Shown: piece by piece, positions 1-12,200 of the stretch
How positions within the stretch are numbered: the stretch's first letter is position 1
How the letters are laid out: each line of letters begins with the position of its first letter
Assembly: GCA_964016885.1 (NCBI GenBank)
Contig: OZ024743.1
Location: forward strand, 316,324,001 to 316,388,000
Origin: Eledone cirrhosa
Lineage: Eukaryota
Length of the DNA: 64,000 nucleotides
Reading direction: 5' to 3'
Made by a program: the position numbers and the translations under genes
The notes under the pieces: generated by a model
Told to the model about the DNA's origin: nothing
What the model saw: the letters and a program-made list of their open reading frames with translations, nothing else
Database searches by the model: none

Positions 1-559
1 ATTGTTAACTGTCAACGAAAACACACACATACATTTAATGAATAATCTCCCACGCCATATGTGCGACTGCTCGCGTCGAGTATGTATGGCGAAAATTTAT
101 AAAATGCTAAAACCAGAACACACATACACAACTGCCACTTCTTTACAGAAGACGGCCATTTCTTCAACGAATTTCCTGCTATTATGGACTACTGCCAACT
201 TCAGGCTGTTGGTCAGTTTGGTGACTGAACAGGCTTTGTTTTGGTCACCTTTTCTATATAGTATGAGTGAACAGTGCGTTCCCAAAAGGGACTGCTCAAA
301 CAGTCAAGACTCCGCCCAAACATGTTACTGTTCAGGTTAACAGTGCAACGACATTAAGATAAGATCCGAGTCGCCCACATGTAGATTTATGACTATGTGC
401 TTCTAACCAGTTACCACTCCTCCACCGCTGTAGGACTTGTAAGTAAAAATCTGCACATAAAGATGGCAATGCTACGTGCTTATACTACACACATAGCACC
501 CACTCCATCCCAGCACCCACCCAGTGACAAGAAGAGGCAAGATAACAGGACAAGTTCGC

Positions 560-740
560 GGTCGTACTCTTGGCAGTGGAGACTTCTGGGCTACCTCCCT
601 ACTCACCTCCATAGGGGCTGATCTGGCCAACCACAGGTGTGAGCCTCGCGTGTTGGAATGGCTCTTCCAGCGCATCTCTTTTACCATCCTCCAGGGAAAC
701 GCCTTCTCTATTCTGTCCGCCGGGGCTGTGGGGAGGCCAG
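560..740 (+). mobile_element. Fragment of a restriction-like-endonuclease (CRE-type) non-LTR element
   Basis: WLFQRISFTILQGNAFSIL resembles the C-terminal LFQRxSxxxQRGNAxxI motif of CRE-like elements. Confidence 0.55.
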
Positions 741-1529
741 CACGTGGGACCCCATTTGCTCACCATACGGAGAGATGGGGAGGGCGAGAGAGATGGAGAC
801 GATGACAATGGAAGTTCGGGTGTTCTTTCATGTTTACTTAGGTTACTATTTCCTTTTCTGTAATGAAAAGATAGAAACTTTCCTTCATTTACTAAAGACC
901 ATCCCCCAAAAAATCCCTTAGCTGACCTAACTTAAATATCAAATTATCCACATTTCTGTGTGTAATAAATGAGATAAGTTACGAGGATCGCATGTGTTAT
1001 TGTCATGGAGTTTAACCTCTCCAGAGGCTGTAGCCATACTCTCCATGCTTGACCAATTGCAGGTTGATGAGACTATTTAACCCATAGTTGGGGTGGATGG
1101 TCGTTGACTATGTGGAGTTCATCCACCCTTTCCCTTTGACAAGTCAGGTCAGGCCTCTATTGATGTAGCCTAGTACAACTGTTTCATGGTCAGGTGGTCG
1201 ACAACTAAAATCGCCCCCCCCCCCCACCAGACCCTGGTTTGGGGGGGGGGGGGGTAAATGGAAATCCAACACCACAAAATACACATACATACATACATGC
1301 ATGTATGTATGTATACATGCATATATGTGTTAAAGGTCAATTTGTTTAGACGACCAGTATCCCAATAGTTCCAACTGCAGAACACCCTGTTTGTGAGATC
1401 AACATACAAGTGACTGAGCATTCCATTAATACGTTTAATGTGAATTAACATGTAAGTGGCTGTCACAGTATCGGCCGCTTTCTGATACGTTTGAGGAGAC
1501 TTCTGGCGTTCTTGGTTCCCCCAAAACCA

Positions 1530-2110
1530 CATCCCTATTCACTGCTATTGGAGCCGAGTTGGTTACCCATAGATGAAAACCTTGCGAGGTGGAGTGACTG
1601 TTCCAGTGCCAATGTCTTCTCCATCTTGTCCACTAGGTGGATTGACTGTTCCAGTGCATCCCCCTCGCTATCTCCATGCTGTCCTCCGAGACCACAAGGT
1701 AGACTGACCCTGAACCTTCCTTGATAGATTTGATGACAGTTACACCAATGTTGTTTTTCACTGAATATCAAAATTCTAAATCCAGGTGAAGGAACCCCTT
1801 CCTGGTTGAGCTCCACCACTTCTCTCTGGCCATGTGGGGACGAGGTATCTGGTCAGATCATCACGCCATCATGCCTTTGGCTGACCTCTGGTTCTCCACT
1901 GCCTTGGTGTCCACTCTGTCACTCTAATAGTCCATCTGTTGTCTCTAAGATGATAGATGTGGCCAGCCTATCTATGTTTACCCTACTTGATATCCAGGTG
2001 TTGCTTTTCCTGTCACATAAGGTGATGCCGAGCATGATTTGTCCTTTTTCCGTTGGGCCATTGCAAGAATCTCTGCAGTAGTTGTGTTGAGTGCCCATGT
2101 CTCACTTCCA
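1530..2110 (-). mobile_element. Old LINE (RTE-like) 3' remnants
   Basis: Degenerate MLGITLCDRKSNTWI and WRDDL motifs. Confidence 0.45.
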
Positions 2111-3499
2111 TAAGTCCTCACTGGCAGAACATATTCATTAATCAGCTTCCTTTTGGTTTCGATTGTTGACTTGCTACTTCTAATAATGTTATAAACTTTT
2201 CTTGTTCTCTAATTTACGGATTGGCATGTGTACACTAAACGTAATTTTCAGGGTGATTTAGCAAGACATTGACAATCCTGGCCCTTTGAATTGCAGAAAC
2301 AGTTTCTGTATACCTCATTTCACTCAGAAAGCGTAAGTTGCCCAGGGTCTATGGTAAATGACAAAATGCTGAGCAGTGATATAACCATATGATTTTGCCA
2401 GGGTAGTAACGTGCTTAGCCTGTAGGCCACAGACAGAACACAAGCTGACAGGGACCTTAGAAAACACTCAACATCATGTTTAATAAAATAAAACCTTTGA
2501 AAACAAAGTTTAGAAATTCCAACTTAAAAAGAACAGGTTTAAAACAATATATTTTAGATATTGAAATCCAATTAAAAAAAGTAATAAATAGAGGTGATAG
2601 TTACTTTAGAATTAGTCGAATTATTCCTAGAGTTGTTTCCCTTCATAACTAAATGCTTTGCGGTGGTTGTAACTAACTGCCCACACTTTAATGTGGTTGG
2701 CAGGACATCCAACATTTCCGTAAAAGCAAGACATTCTCAGCTGACCTCACCAGTCTCATAATGATGAAAAATAGCTGTGGTGGTGATGATATTGATGATA
2801 GTGATAATGTTAATGATGATAGTTGTGGTGTTGGTGATGTTGATAGTGATGATGCTGGAAATCTACAACTCAAACCTTGCAACACAACAGTGAAAGGTAA
2901 AGAAATATTTGAAGACAATCCTCATTTTCATGAGAATTGTTTGAACAACAATAAATAAGTTATTAAATGTGAAACTTGAGTGTTTGCTAGCAAGGAGTTT
3001 CAGACTTTGAGGAATTCTTATCTCAAGGTTATCTCTTTCATGTGCTTTTAGGATTTCATGCTGCCAATTAAAACAGATGCCTTGGTTAAATCCCACAGAC
3101 TTTCATCCTTACAGGGTCGATAAAATAAAGTACCAGTCACTCACTGAAGTCGATTTAATCGACTTTCCCCTCCCCAAAAATTGTGTGCCCAAATCAGAAA
3201 CCATTATTAATCAGGTAAAAAGTCTTTCTATCATTTGGTTAATCAACCTATTAATTAATTAATTGTTTCTACGTTAGGCACAAGGCCAGCAATTACCCAG
3301 TGCATTACTGGTACTTTATTTTATCGACCCCGTAAGGATGAAAGGCAAAGTTAACCTTGGCGGGATTTGAACTCAGAATGGCAAGGGCCGTAACTCTATA
3401 CGTCAAAGCATGGCGTCCGACCCTCTACCAATCCACCTAATTAATTAATGTTACTTCGTTAGTTTGAGAAATTTTATGATAAAAAAACCACACTTTCTT

Positions 3500-3858
3500 G
3501 AATGTGCAATGTAAGTGTGAGAGAAAGGCAGAGATTGGATGAACTAAAGAAGAAACTGGGTTTAAGAGGAAACCGATGTGGTGTGCAAGAGAGAAGACTG
3601 CATTGGCATGGACATGTGATGAGCATGGATGATGATTGCTATGGATGAACAAGAACCAGGAAATGCCAGTGGAAGGAAGCCACAGTAGAAGTAGACCAAG
3701 AAAGACCTGGGCAGAAGTGGTGAGATCTGATCTCAAATTGCTGAGACTCACAGAGATGACAAAGGAACGCAACAAGTGGAGAGATGCTGTGCTGAAAAAG
3801 ACCCATCAAACCCATGCAAGCATGGAAAAAACAGACGTAAAAACGATGATGATGATGA
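3500..3858 (+). mobile_element. RTE-type LINE 3' end
   Basis: [11 protein letters not shown], (GAT)n tail. Similar remnants at 53610-53900 and 43250-43540. Confidence 0.75.
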
Positions 3859-4187
3859 ATTTATTTATAATTATTTGTTTTAATTACAAAATTGTTACAA
3901 TTTTGTCCTCAAAATAGCTTCTTGTTTTGTTTTGTCTTTTGTTAAATAGAGACTTTACTTTAGCAGAATGAGGTGTAGTTGATGTGAATTACTGGAGTCA
4001 GGGATGGGGTACAGTGACCAATATTGGTTTCTGAACCAGAAATATTAACTAGGTCAGATCTGTAATGGTTAATTTTAAATACATAAACACACACTATGTC
4101 GTTACACACACTCACAGACACTCAGACTGACACACACACATTTACACAGTTTGTGTTTCAATAATCTAAACAAACCACAGGAGAGTG

Positions 4188-4334
4188 TCATGTTAGGAAT
4201 GGCATAGTTTTCACTTTAATCCGATCTACAATTCCGGAGCCAAGAATCTTCATGTCTTCAATAATGGCTTCAATGTTTGGTACAAGTTGGTTCCCTGTTT
4301 CTTCTGTTAAACGTTGACCATTCACTAGCGACAC
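4188..4334 (-). CDS. NOL6: NOL6 exon 23, terminal ([20 protein letters not shown]...stop)
   Basis: Acceptor ctgtag, TGA at 4190-4188, conserved C-terminal motif. Confidence 0.93.
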   Translation of the reverse strand: MSLVNGQRLTEETGNQLVPNIEAIIEDMKILGSGIVDRIKVKTMPFLT

Positions 4335-6168
4335 CTACAGAGAGAAAGAAACAAAATTCATCATCATGATCATTATCACCATTTATGTCTGCTACTCATA
4401 CTGACCTGAGTAGCAAGAGACTTGTTGAGGCAGTGTTTTATAGCGAGATACCCTTCCCTGACACACACATATAGAATCTCATCTCACCTCACCTCACCTC
4501 ACATACACACAACACCTATTCAGTCTTACATTTTATATATATACATACATATAATCATTAACATCGTTTTTACATCAACTTTTCCCTGCTAACATGGATT
4601 GGAAGGGACTTTTTGTGACAATGTTTTACAGCCGTATGCCCTTCCTGATACAAACCCTTTTAGTCACTTCTTACGGCTTGCAAGGATATAGTGTCCCTAT
4701 TCTAAACTGAAAACACAAACACACATATATACATGTGTGTGTTTGTTTCCAGTTTAGAATAGGTACACCATATCCTTGTTAGTCATAAGAAGTGACTAAA
4801 AGGGTTTGTGTCAGGAAGGGAATATGGCAAACAGAGACACACACTCATAGACATACACACATGCTTTTATAAGAAGCAACAACCTACCTTGAACCTCTGA
4901 GGTTCAAATATCTTAGGTCTCCATAAGGCCCCTATCACATTGCTACTGTATTCATCACTGTAAAATAAAGCAAGATGACCAAATGCTTCCTGCAAAACAA
5001 ACAAAAAAAGTTTATTTACATTTACAGTGACAGCTTAAAACATACATTTAAATGGTTTACTTAATCAGATGTTTGGTTTATCACTACCACCTGGTCCTTG
5101 GCTACCTTTAGCAAAATCTACTGTGTTGCAAGCATTCAGATCAGATCTTCAGGATGAAGCTTTCTCCCCCCACCAGTCACGGAGGTTCTGAAAAAGGTCA
5201 TGAGCAGTGCCCTTCCCACTTTGGAGGGATTTAGTAATATAACTAACTTTTCTAGCAAGATGGATCTCTGAGCAAAACCAGAGTTGGTTTTGATGACAAT
5301 ATGCAGTAACATCCATTGTTGATATGAACATTTATCATACCTTAACTTTGGCCTGTAGCAGTGACAGTAATGTCAAGATACTTGAATTGATTGACCTCCT
5401 CTAAAATCTTGCTATAAGTATGAGAGACCTTCCAGAAGATGAGATACCAGTGAGTACTATTTTGACTGCATTAATTTTCATGCAAGGTTTCTGATCAGAG
5501 GATAACTTCTTCCCACTTATCACAGAGATCCTGAAATGAGGTTTATGGGCACAGTTGCTACCAGGTGCTGCTACAGGGTGAGCAAGATGAGAATGACATA
5601 ATTGACTAGGAACCAGAATTGACAGACATTAACTCCTTAGCATTTACATTACTCTATATATACTATTGTATTTTCACAGTAAAGGCTTTATCTCACATAA
5701 TATCAAACCTATAAGATTTTGATATTATTTATTTTGAGAACAATACCTTAACATCAGTATGAGTGGCCAGTTATGGCCGGTTTGAACAGAAAGAGGTGAC
5801 AGAATTCTAGCCAGATACAGCCAGTTTATATGCTAAAGGGTTAAATGAAGATACAGCTCCTCTAATGACATCATGTGTCAGTGTGGCACAGAGCTGCAAC
5901 TTTATAAAATTATGAAAAAAGAAACACGTACCCTGAGATCTTTCATGAAGAGCTGCCTTGGTCGGTAATCAACTACAGGAAGATGTGAAGGATTGGTAAG
6001 AATTTCTGGGTATTTACTTATCCCAATTGGTTCTATAGCTTGACCTGGACAGGATTCTTGGTCACGGTTTAAATAAAACACCATATCAAATGGCTGCAGA
6101 GAAGTGCGGTATATTTTCTAGACACAGGTAATAAAAATATAGAAATATATACATGTACATACGCACAA

Positions 6169-6202
<34 letters not shown>

Positions 6203-9200
6203 CATCATCATCTTGATATATATATATATGTTATGTTGGTACCACAAAACACCCACCACACACTGTAAATATGGTTGGCGTTAGGAAGGGCATCCATCCG
6301 TAGAAAACCAGCCAGAAACAGTCCTATATGAGTGAGACATGGTCACCCAATCCAACTTGCCTCTAATAGGACAAACCCATCTAACCCATGCTAGTGTGGA
6401 AAACAGACGTTAAATGATGCTGATATGATACAGAAATATGAAACTGGAGTGGTACCAGAGAGGTGCAGTATATTTTCTAGACAAGCATATGATCATCACT
6501 TAACACTTAACATTTGTTCTCCCAGCTAGCAAAGATTGGATGGGTTTTTACAGACCGAGTCAGTACTCAAGCAGAGCTACTGACCTCCCAGATAGACCAG
6601 GGTCTACTTATATACAGTCACATGCTCTACCAAGTCCATTTTATCGAGACACCAGTATTAGAGGATTTGTCATATCTTTGATAAAACCGAAGTACCCTCC
6701 CAACTCTGTTTGGCAAGCTTTCTATGGCTAAATGCCCTTCCTATTATCACCAACCAACTTACAATGTGTACTGGGTTTGTTTGTCATGAAGATCAGATCA
6801 TCAAACCCTAGGGAAGTTGTCATGTCCTCAATACAACTGGAGAGTCGCCCCAACTCTTTGTTTAGCAAGATTTCTACAGCTGGATGCCCTTCCTATCACC
6901 AACTACTTTTCAGTGTGCATTGGGTGTATGTGATGTGATGTTGAATTATGGACACCATTTATATAAACACAGGGATTTATTATAGATTTTAGATAAATAA
7001 TAAAGAGGTTGGTAATAGGGAGAGCATCAAACTGTATAAGCCAAACCAAAACCAGATGTGGGACTGTCAGACCCTCCCTCCTCGTCTCTGGAATGACTAA
7101 TAAAATACTTAGTCTAACTTTTAAAAGTTTGTCCCATGCTCAGAGGCTCACCAGGCTGGTGTTTATCCCAGTTTATTGGAATTAAGTAACTGAGGGTTTA
7201 AGATTACCTAAAGAGCATGATGCAAGTTTATTGCAGGGGTTAACTCCCAGCTACTGCTACTGGTATTTATTTTGTCAGCTGAATGGACTGGAGAAATATC
7301 AAGTGAAGTAATTGTTCAAGGACATAATACACTGCCTGATCCTGGAATTGAACATAGATCTTAGGATCATGAACCGAACACCTTAGCCATAAGGCCACAT
7401 GCCTTCACTCCCAGGATGGAAAGCAGGCATAGACACTACCTGATCCAGGAATCGAACACTAATCTTACAATCATGAGCTGACCATCTTAATCACAAGGCC
7501 AAATGACTTCACTCCCAGGATGGAAAGCAGACATAAAATGCATATGACGACAATGATGATAATGATAGTTAAAAAAAAAATCCTCACTCTTAAGTCACTG
7601 GAAGGTTCCAGCAACATCTCCTGTAATGTAGACAAAGACTGTTTAGCAACCAGAATTAACCGATTTAGCATCATCTGGTTGGGATTTTCTCTGGTCCAAA
7701 ATGATATCACTTCCTTGTCAAGGGGTATACAAATGGTCATTGGAGGAAAACGTGTCCGAACACTGAAGTCTCTCTTTATTTGGCTAATTTCTGCCCCTAT
7801 AAACAAATATTCACACAATTATGAAATGGCATAGGAGTATATATGATGTATAAACAAATACTCAACACAAAATTTGTAAATCATCACCATCAAAATTTAT
7901 ATTACCACATTTCTAATGAAAACAAATGTTTTTCAAATAACTTTGATAGAATGACACAATTTGACAAAATTTAATAATATAAACTAATTTGCCTATTATT
8001 AAGCTGGTGTTTGGAATATAGCTTAACCATATCAAGACCATATTGAAGGGTTTCCTCCAACAGGAGTGAGAAGGCTCTGGATTTGGATCTTTACTATACA
8101 ATCAAAAAGGCCTTAACACGAAATAGGTTAAAATAACAAGAATGATGACACTGATTTAGACAGTACAAATTAACTCTTGACATCCTGTAATGATTTAGCA
8201 GAACCTATCTAACAAGTCTGTTCATTCAAATGTTTATAGAATCTTTAAATTAACTCTTAACATCCTGTAATGCTTTAGCAGAAAATATCTAACAAATCTG
8301 TTCATTCAAATATCTCAAGAATCTTTACTACTGTTGCAAAAACTTGCAATAAACTGAAGTAAAGGCTATAATTTTTAATGAGATAGTCTTAGTGTTGGTT
8401 TGTACTTTTCAAATATCTTGTCAATGTGTTTCCGTGTGATGTGTTAACCCTTTTGATACCAGCCTGCTTAAAAACCTCCTTTGGTTCTATGAAACAAAAC
8501 TACCCATTTTAAATGGTTCCTATTTAAATTAAAATCTTCCATTGTAATTTAACTTAAGAATCTTTTTGATAAATTATATTTTACATACCATTTTAATAAT
8601 GGAATAATTAATAATTTTATTAAATCCTTACAAATGCTTCATTAATTAATAGAAATACTGTACATTTCATTAGAAATATGATAATGAAAGGGTTAATTGG
8701 AATGTTTATAGTGAACAGATCATTGTGAAATGTGTGCTATTAGAGTAATGTCTAATGTTTGATGTGATGCAGTCATAATGCTGTTTCATGTGGTAAGAGT
8801 TAACAAAATGTAAAAGCAAAATGGAACTAATTAAAATAATTACTGACCTGTATATTCATTGTTTAAGTTTATAAAAAATGGAGTTGTTGCCCAATCAAAT
8901 GTTGACACCAGATGAAGAAAACGGAGGAATCCACTAACTGATCCCCTAATAAAAGATATTTTATGTTAACAACAGTGGAATACAAGAAATATTCAAGGTG
9001 AGTCATAAGTAACTGGGCAGTCCAACATTTATATTTCAAAAGATAATATTTACTAAAATTCCAGTCACACATTACAAAATTATAAATACATCAAACAAAA
9101 GTAGTTAAAAAAAAAAATTAAAGTGTTTAAAAAGTTGACTATGAATCTAATTCGTTATTTGTAGTGCAGGTGATAAAATGCACCAAGCCCACACTGTAAA

Positions 9201-12200
9201 AGTGGTAGTGATGGAGCCACAATAAAATGCACCCAGACCACACTGTAATGTGGTAGTGTTAATGTCATGATAAAATTCACCTAGCCCATACTGTAAAGTG
9301 GTAGTTATGGTGCCACAATAAAATGCACCCAGGCCACACTGTAATGTGGTAGTGTTAATGTCATGATAAAATTCACCTAGCCCATACTGTAAAGTGGTAG
9401 TTATGGTGCCACAATAAAATGCACCCAGGCCACACTGTAATGTGGTAGTGTTAATGTCATGATAAAATTCACCTAGCCCATACTGTAAAGTGGTAGTTAT
9501 GGTGCCACAATAAAATGCACCCAGGCCACACTGTAATGTGGTAGTGTTAATGTCATGATAAAATGCACCTAGACTTTACTGCAATGCACCCAATAGATCC
9601 TGTGAAGTGATTGGCATTAGAAAAAGCATTCAGCTATAGAAACCATATCAAAATGGAATGCATGAACAAAATGTGATCAGCTGACCTGTCTAGTCTCTGG
9701 ACATGACAACCCATCCAACCCATCACAGCGGGAAAAATAGATATAAAATGATGGTGATGGTGGTAGTGATGATGAGGAAGAAATGATTTTACATCATCTT
9801 TCTGTCAGCAAAAGTTGGATGAGTCATTACAGTTCAAGTCAGTTATTATTCAGGCCTACTGCCCTCTTAAATGGCTCACATAATGTAAAGAAAAAATAGC
9901 CCCTTAGAAATAAGTAGTCCTGACTTACCGTGGTACTTCAAATGGATGTGGATCTAAAAACAGACTGGCCACCAATAACTCAATTGCTATACCAGGAACA
10001 GACTCAGATAAGAAATGGGCTGAGAGCCAACGTTTGGCTAAACGTACCACAAGTCCGTAGGTTTGGTGTTGTTGACCAATACTAGAGAAAGAAAAGAATA
10101 GTGCATTTATTAGAAATATGGTGCTAGTGATCTACATGATAAACACACCCAAATCACACTGTAAAGTGTTTGGTGATAGGAAGGACATCTAGCCATAAAT
10201 AGCTTGCCAAACAAAGGGTTGGGAGGACACCTCAGTCATGTCAAGGATATGACAACCTCCATAGTGTTGGTAATCTACACGATAAACACACCCAGTGCAC
10301 GCTGTAAAGTGGTTGGTGATAGGAAGGGGATGCAACCACAGAAAGCTTACCAAACAAAGGGTTGGAGGATCCTTCATCATTATCATCATCGTTTAACATC
10401 CAGATTCCTGGCCTGTCTGGGAGATCAGTAGCCCCGCTTCAGTACTGACTTGGTCTATGTAGACCTGTTCAACTCTTGCTAGTAGAGAAAGCAAGCATTA
10501 AAACAATGGTGATGATGATGTTAGTTATAAAAGAATTAATACCTTTCACACCAGTCCACTTGAAACCACCCCTGGTTCAATGATACTAAGCTATTCATTT
10601 TAAAGTGTTTATATTTATCTAAAGACATTCCATCATAATTTTATCTAAGAACCTTCATTAAGTTATGTTCCAAATACCAGCTTAATAATGAAAAATTCAG
10701 TTATTTACTAAGTCTCTTTAAATTCTCAATTATTTTCAAAATTATTTGAAAATCATAAGCAGTGTCTTTCATTAGGAATATAATAATGAAAGGGCTAATG
10801 GCATAGATAGTTCCTTTCATTAGAAATATGATAAGGAAGGGGTTAAAGACACAGGCAGTGTCTTTCATTAGGAATATGGTAACAAAAGGGTTAAAGGCAT
10901 AGGCAGTGTCTTTCGTTAGAAATATGGTAAGGAACGGGTTAAGCCCCAACATTGAGAAACAGAGATAAACTCACCCACGAAGTACACTGGTCAGTTTTGG
11001 CATGACCCTCATTTCAGCCCATAAACTGAGTGATTCATCAGTGTGGACCCTTTCTCCCTCAATACTGGGGTGTGGTTGTTTTAACAGTTCTATCTCTTGA
11101 TTAAAACATAACTTTAACTGGAACATAACTCCATCCTAAACAATACAAAAACAAGGAAAAATATAATACATGTATGATTAAACAAAACATGTTATTGATA
11201 TACAAAGCTTTGTTCTTAACTCTTTTGTTACCATATTTCCAATGAAAGATACTGCTTATATCTAATTTATTCCTTTTGTTATATTTCTAATGAAAGATAC
11301 CCCTCATGATCTTTTCTTACCCTATTTCTAATGAAAGACACTGCCTATGACTGGTTTAACTCTTTTGTTACTATATCCCACCCATGCAAGCAGGGAAAAG
11401 CGGATGTAAAATGAAAAATTTCTAATAAAAGACACTGCGTGTGATATTTGTTTTAATTGTTGTTATTTAGTCCCAGGTCAACTTTGATCAAGCAAACCTA
11501 TCTTTAACCCTTTAGCATTTAAGCCAACTGTATCCAGCCACAATTCTCTGACCTCTTTCTGTTCAAACCAGCCGTAACTGGCCACTCATACTGATGTTAA
11601 AGTATTGTTCTCAAAATAAATAATATCAAAATCTCATAGATTCGATATTATGTGAGATAAAGCCTTTACCATGAAAGTACAATAGTAAATATAGAGTAAT
11701 GTAGATGCTAAAGGGTTAAAGGCCATCATTAGAACTATGGAAATGATAGGGTTAAACAGAGTTTATAAGACTAATACTTACCAAAAGAACATCTAGATAT
11801 TGTTTGTGATAAGAAATTACCAGAGAGAATTTCTTTTCTAAGCTGTTCATTAGTTCCAAGAGATACAGTGCTCTCAAATGGTAAAGAGCTTCAAGATTTT
11901 GTGGGTCTCTTCCTTGGTTTCCAGCCATACACAGAACTGCAACAAACAACAAATAAATGGATTATATTTTACGAACAAAGAAATATTTGAAAATTCATCA
12001 AATGTTAAACATTACATTAGGTCAGAGAATTAACAAAGATGTTAGAGCATCAGGGAGAAACATAACCATCATCGTCACCATATAACGTCTATTTTTCATG
12101 CTAGCATGGGTTAGACGAGTAGTCTCGTGAGACAGGTCAGATTAGGTGACTATGTCTTGCTCATACAGAAGTTTCTGGCTTAGTTTCTATGGCTGGATGC

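Noticed and set aside
2704-2958. Plus-strand Asp-rich ORF (DIQHFRK...DDIDDSD...) as a terminal exon of a convergent gene
   Set aside because: The apparent acceptor is part of a SINE-like motif, the acidic tract is a (GAT)n-like repeat, and no homology or partner exons were recognised.
9172-9585. Regular repeat arrays (also 23620 and 45968) as CRISPR-like arrays
   Set aside because: They are head-to-tail minisatellites with no unique spacers, in a eukaryotic intron.
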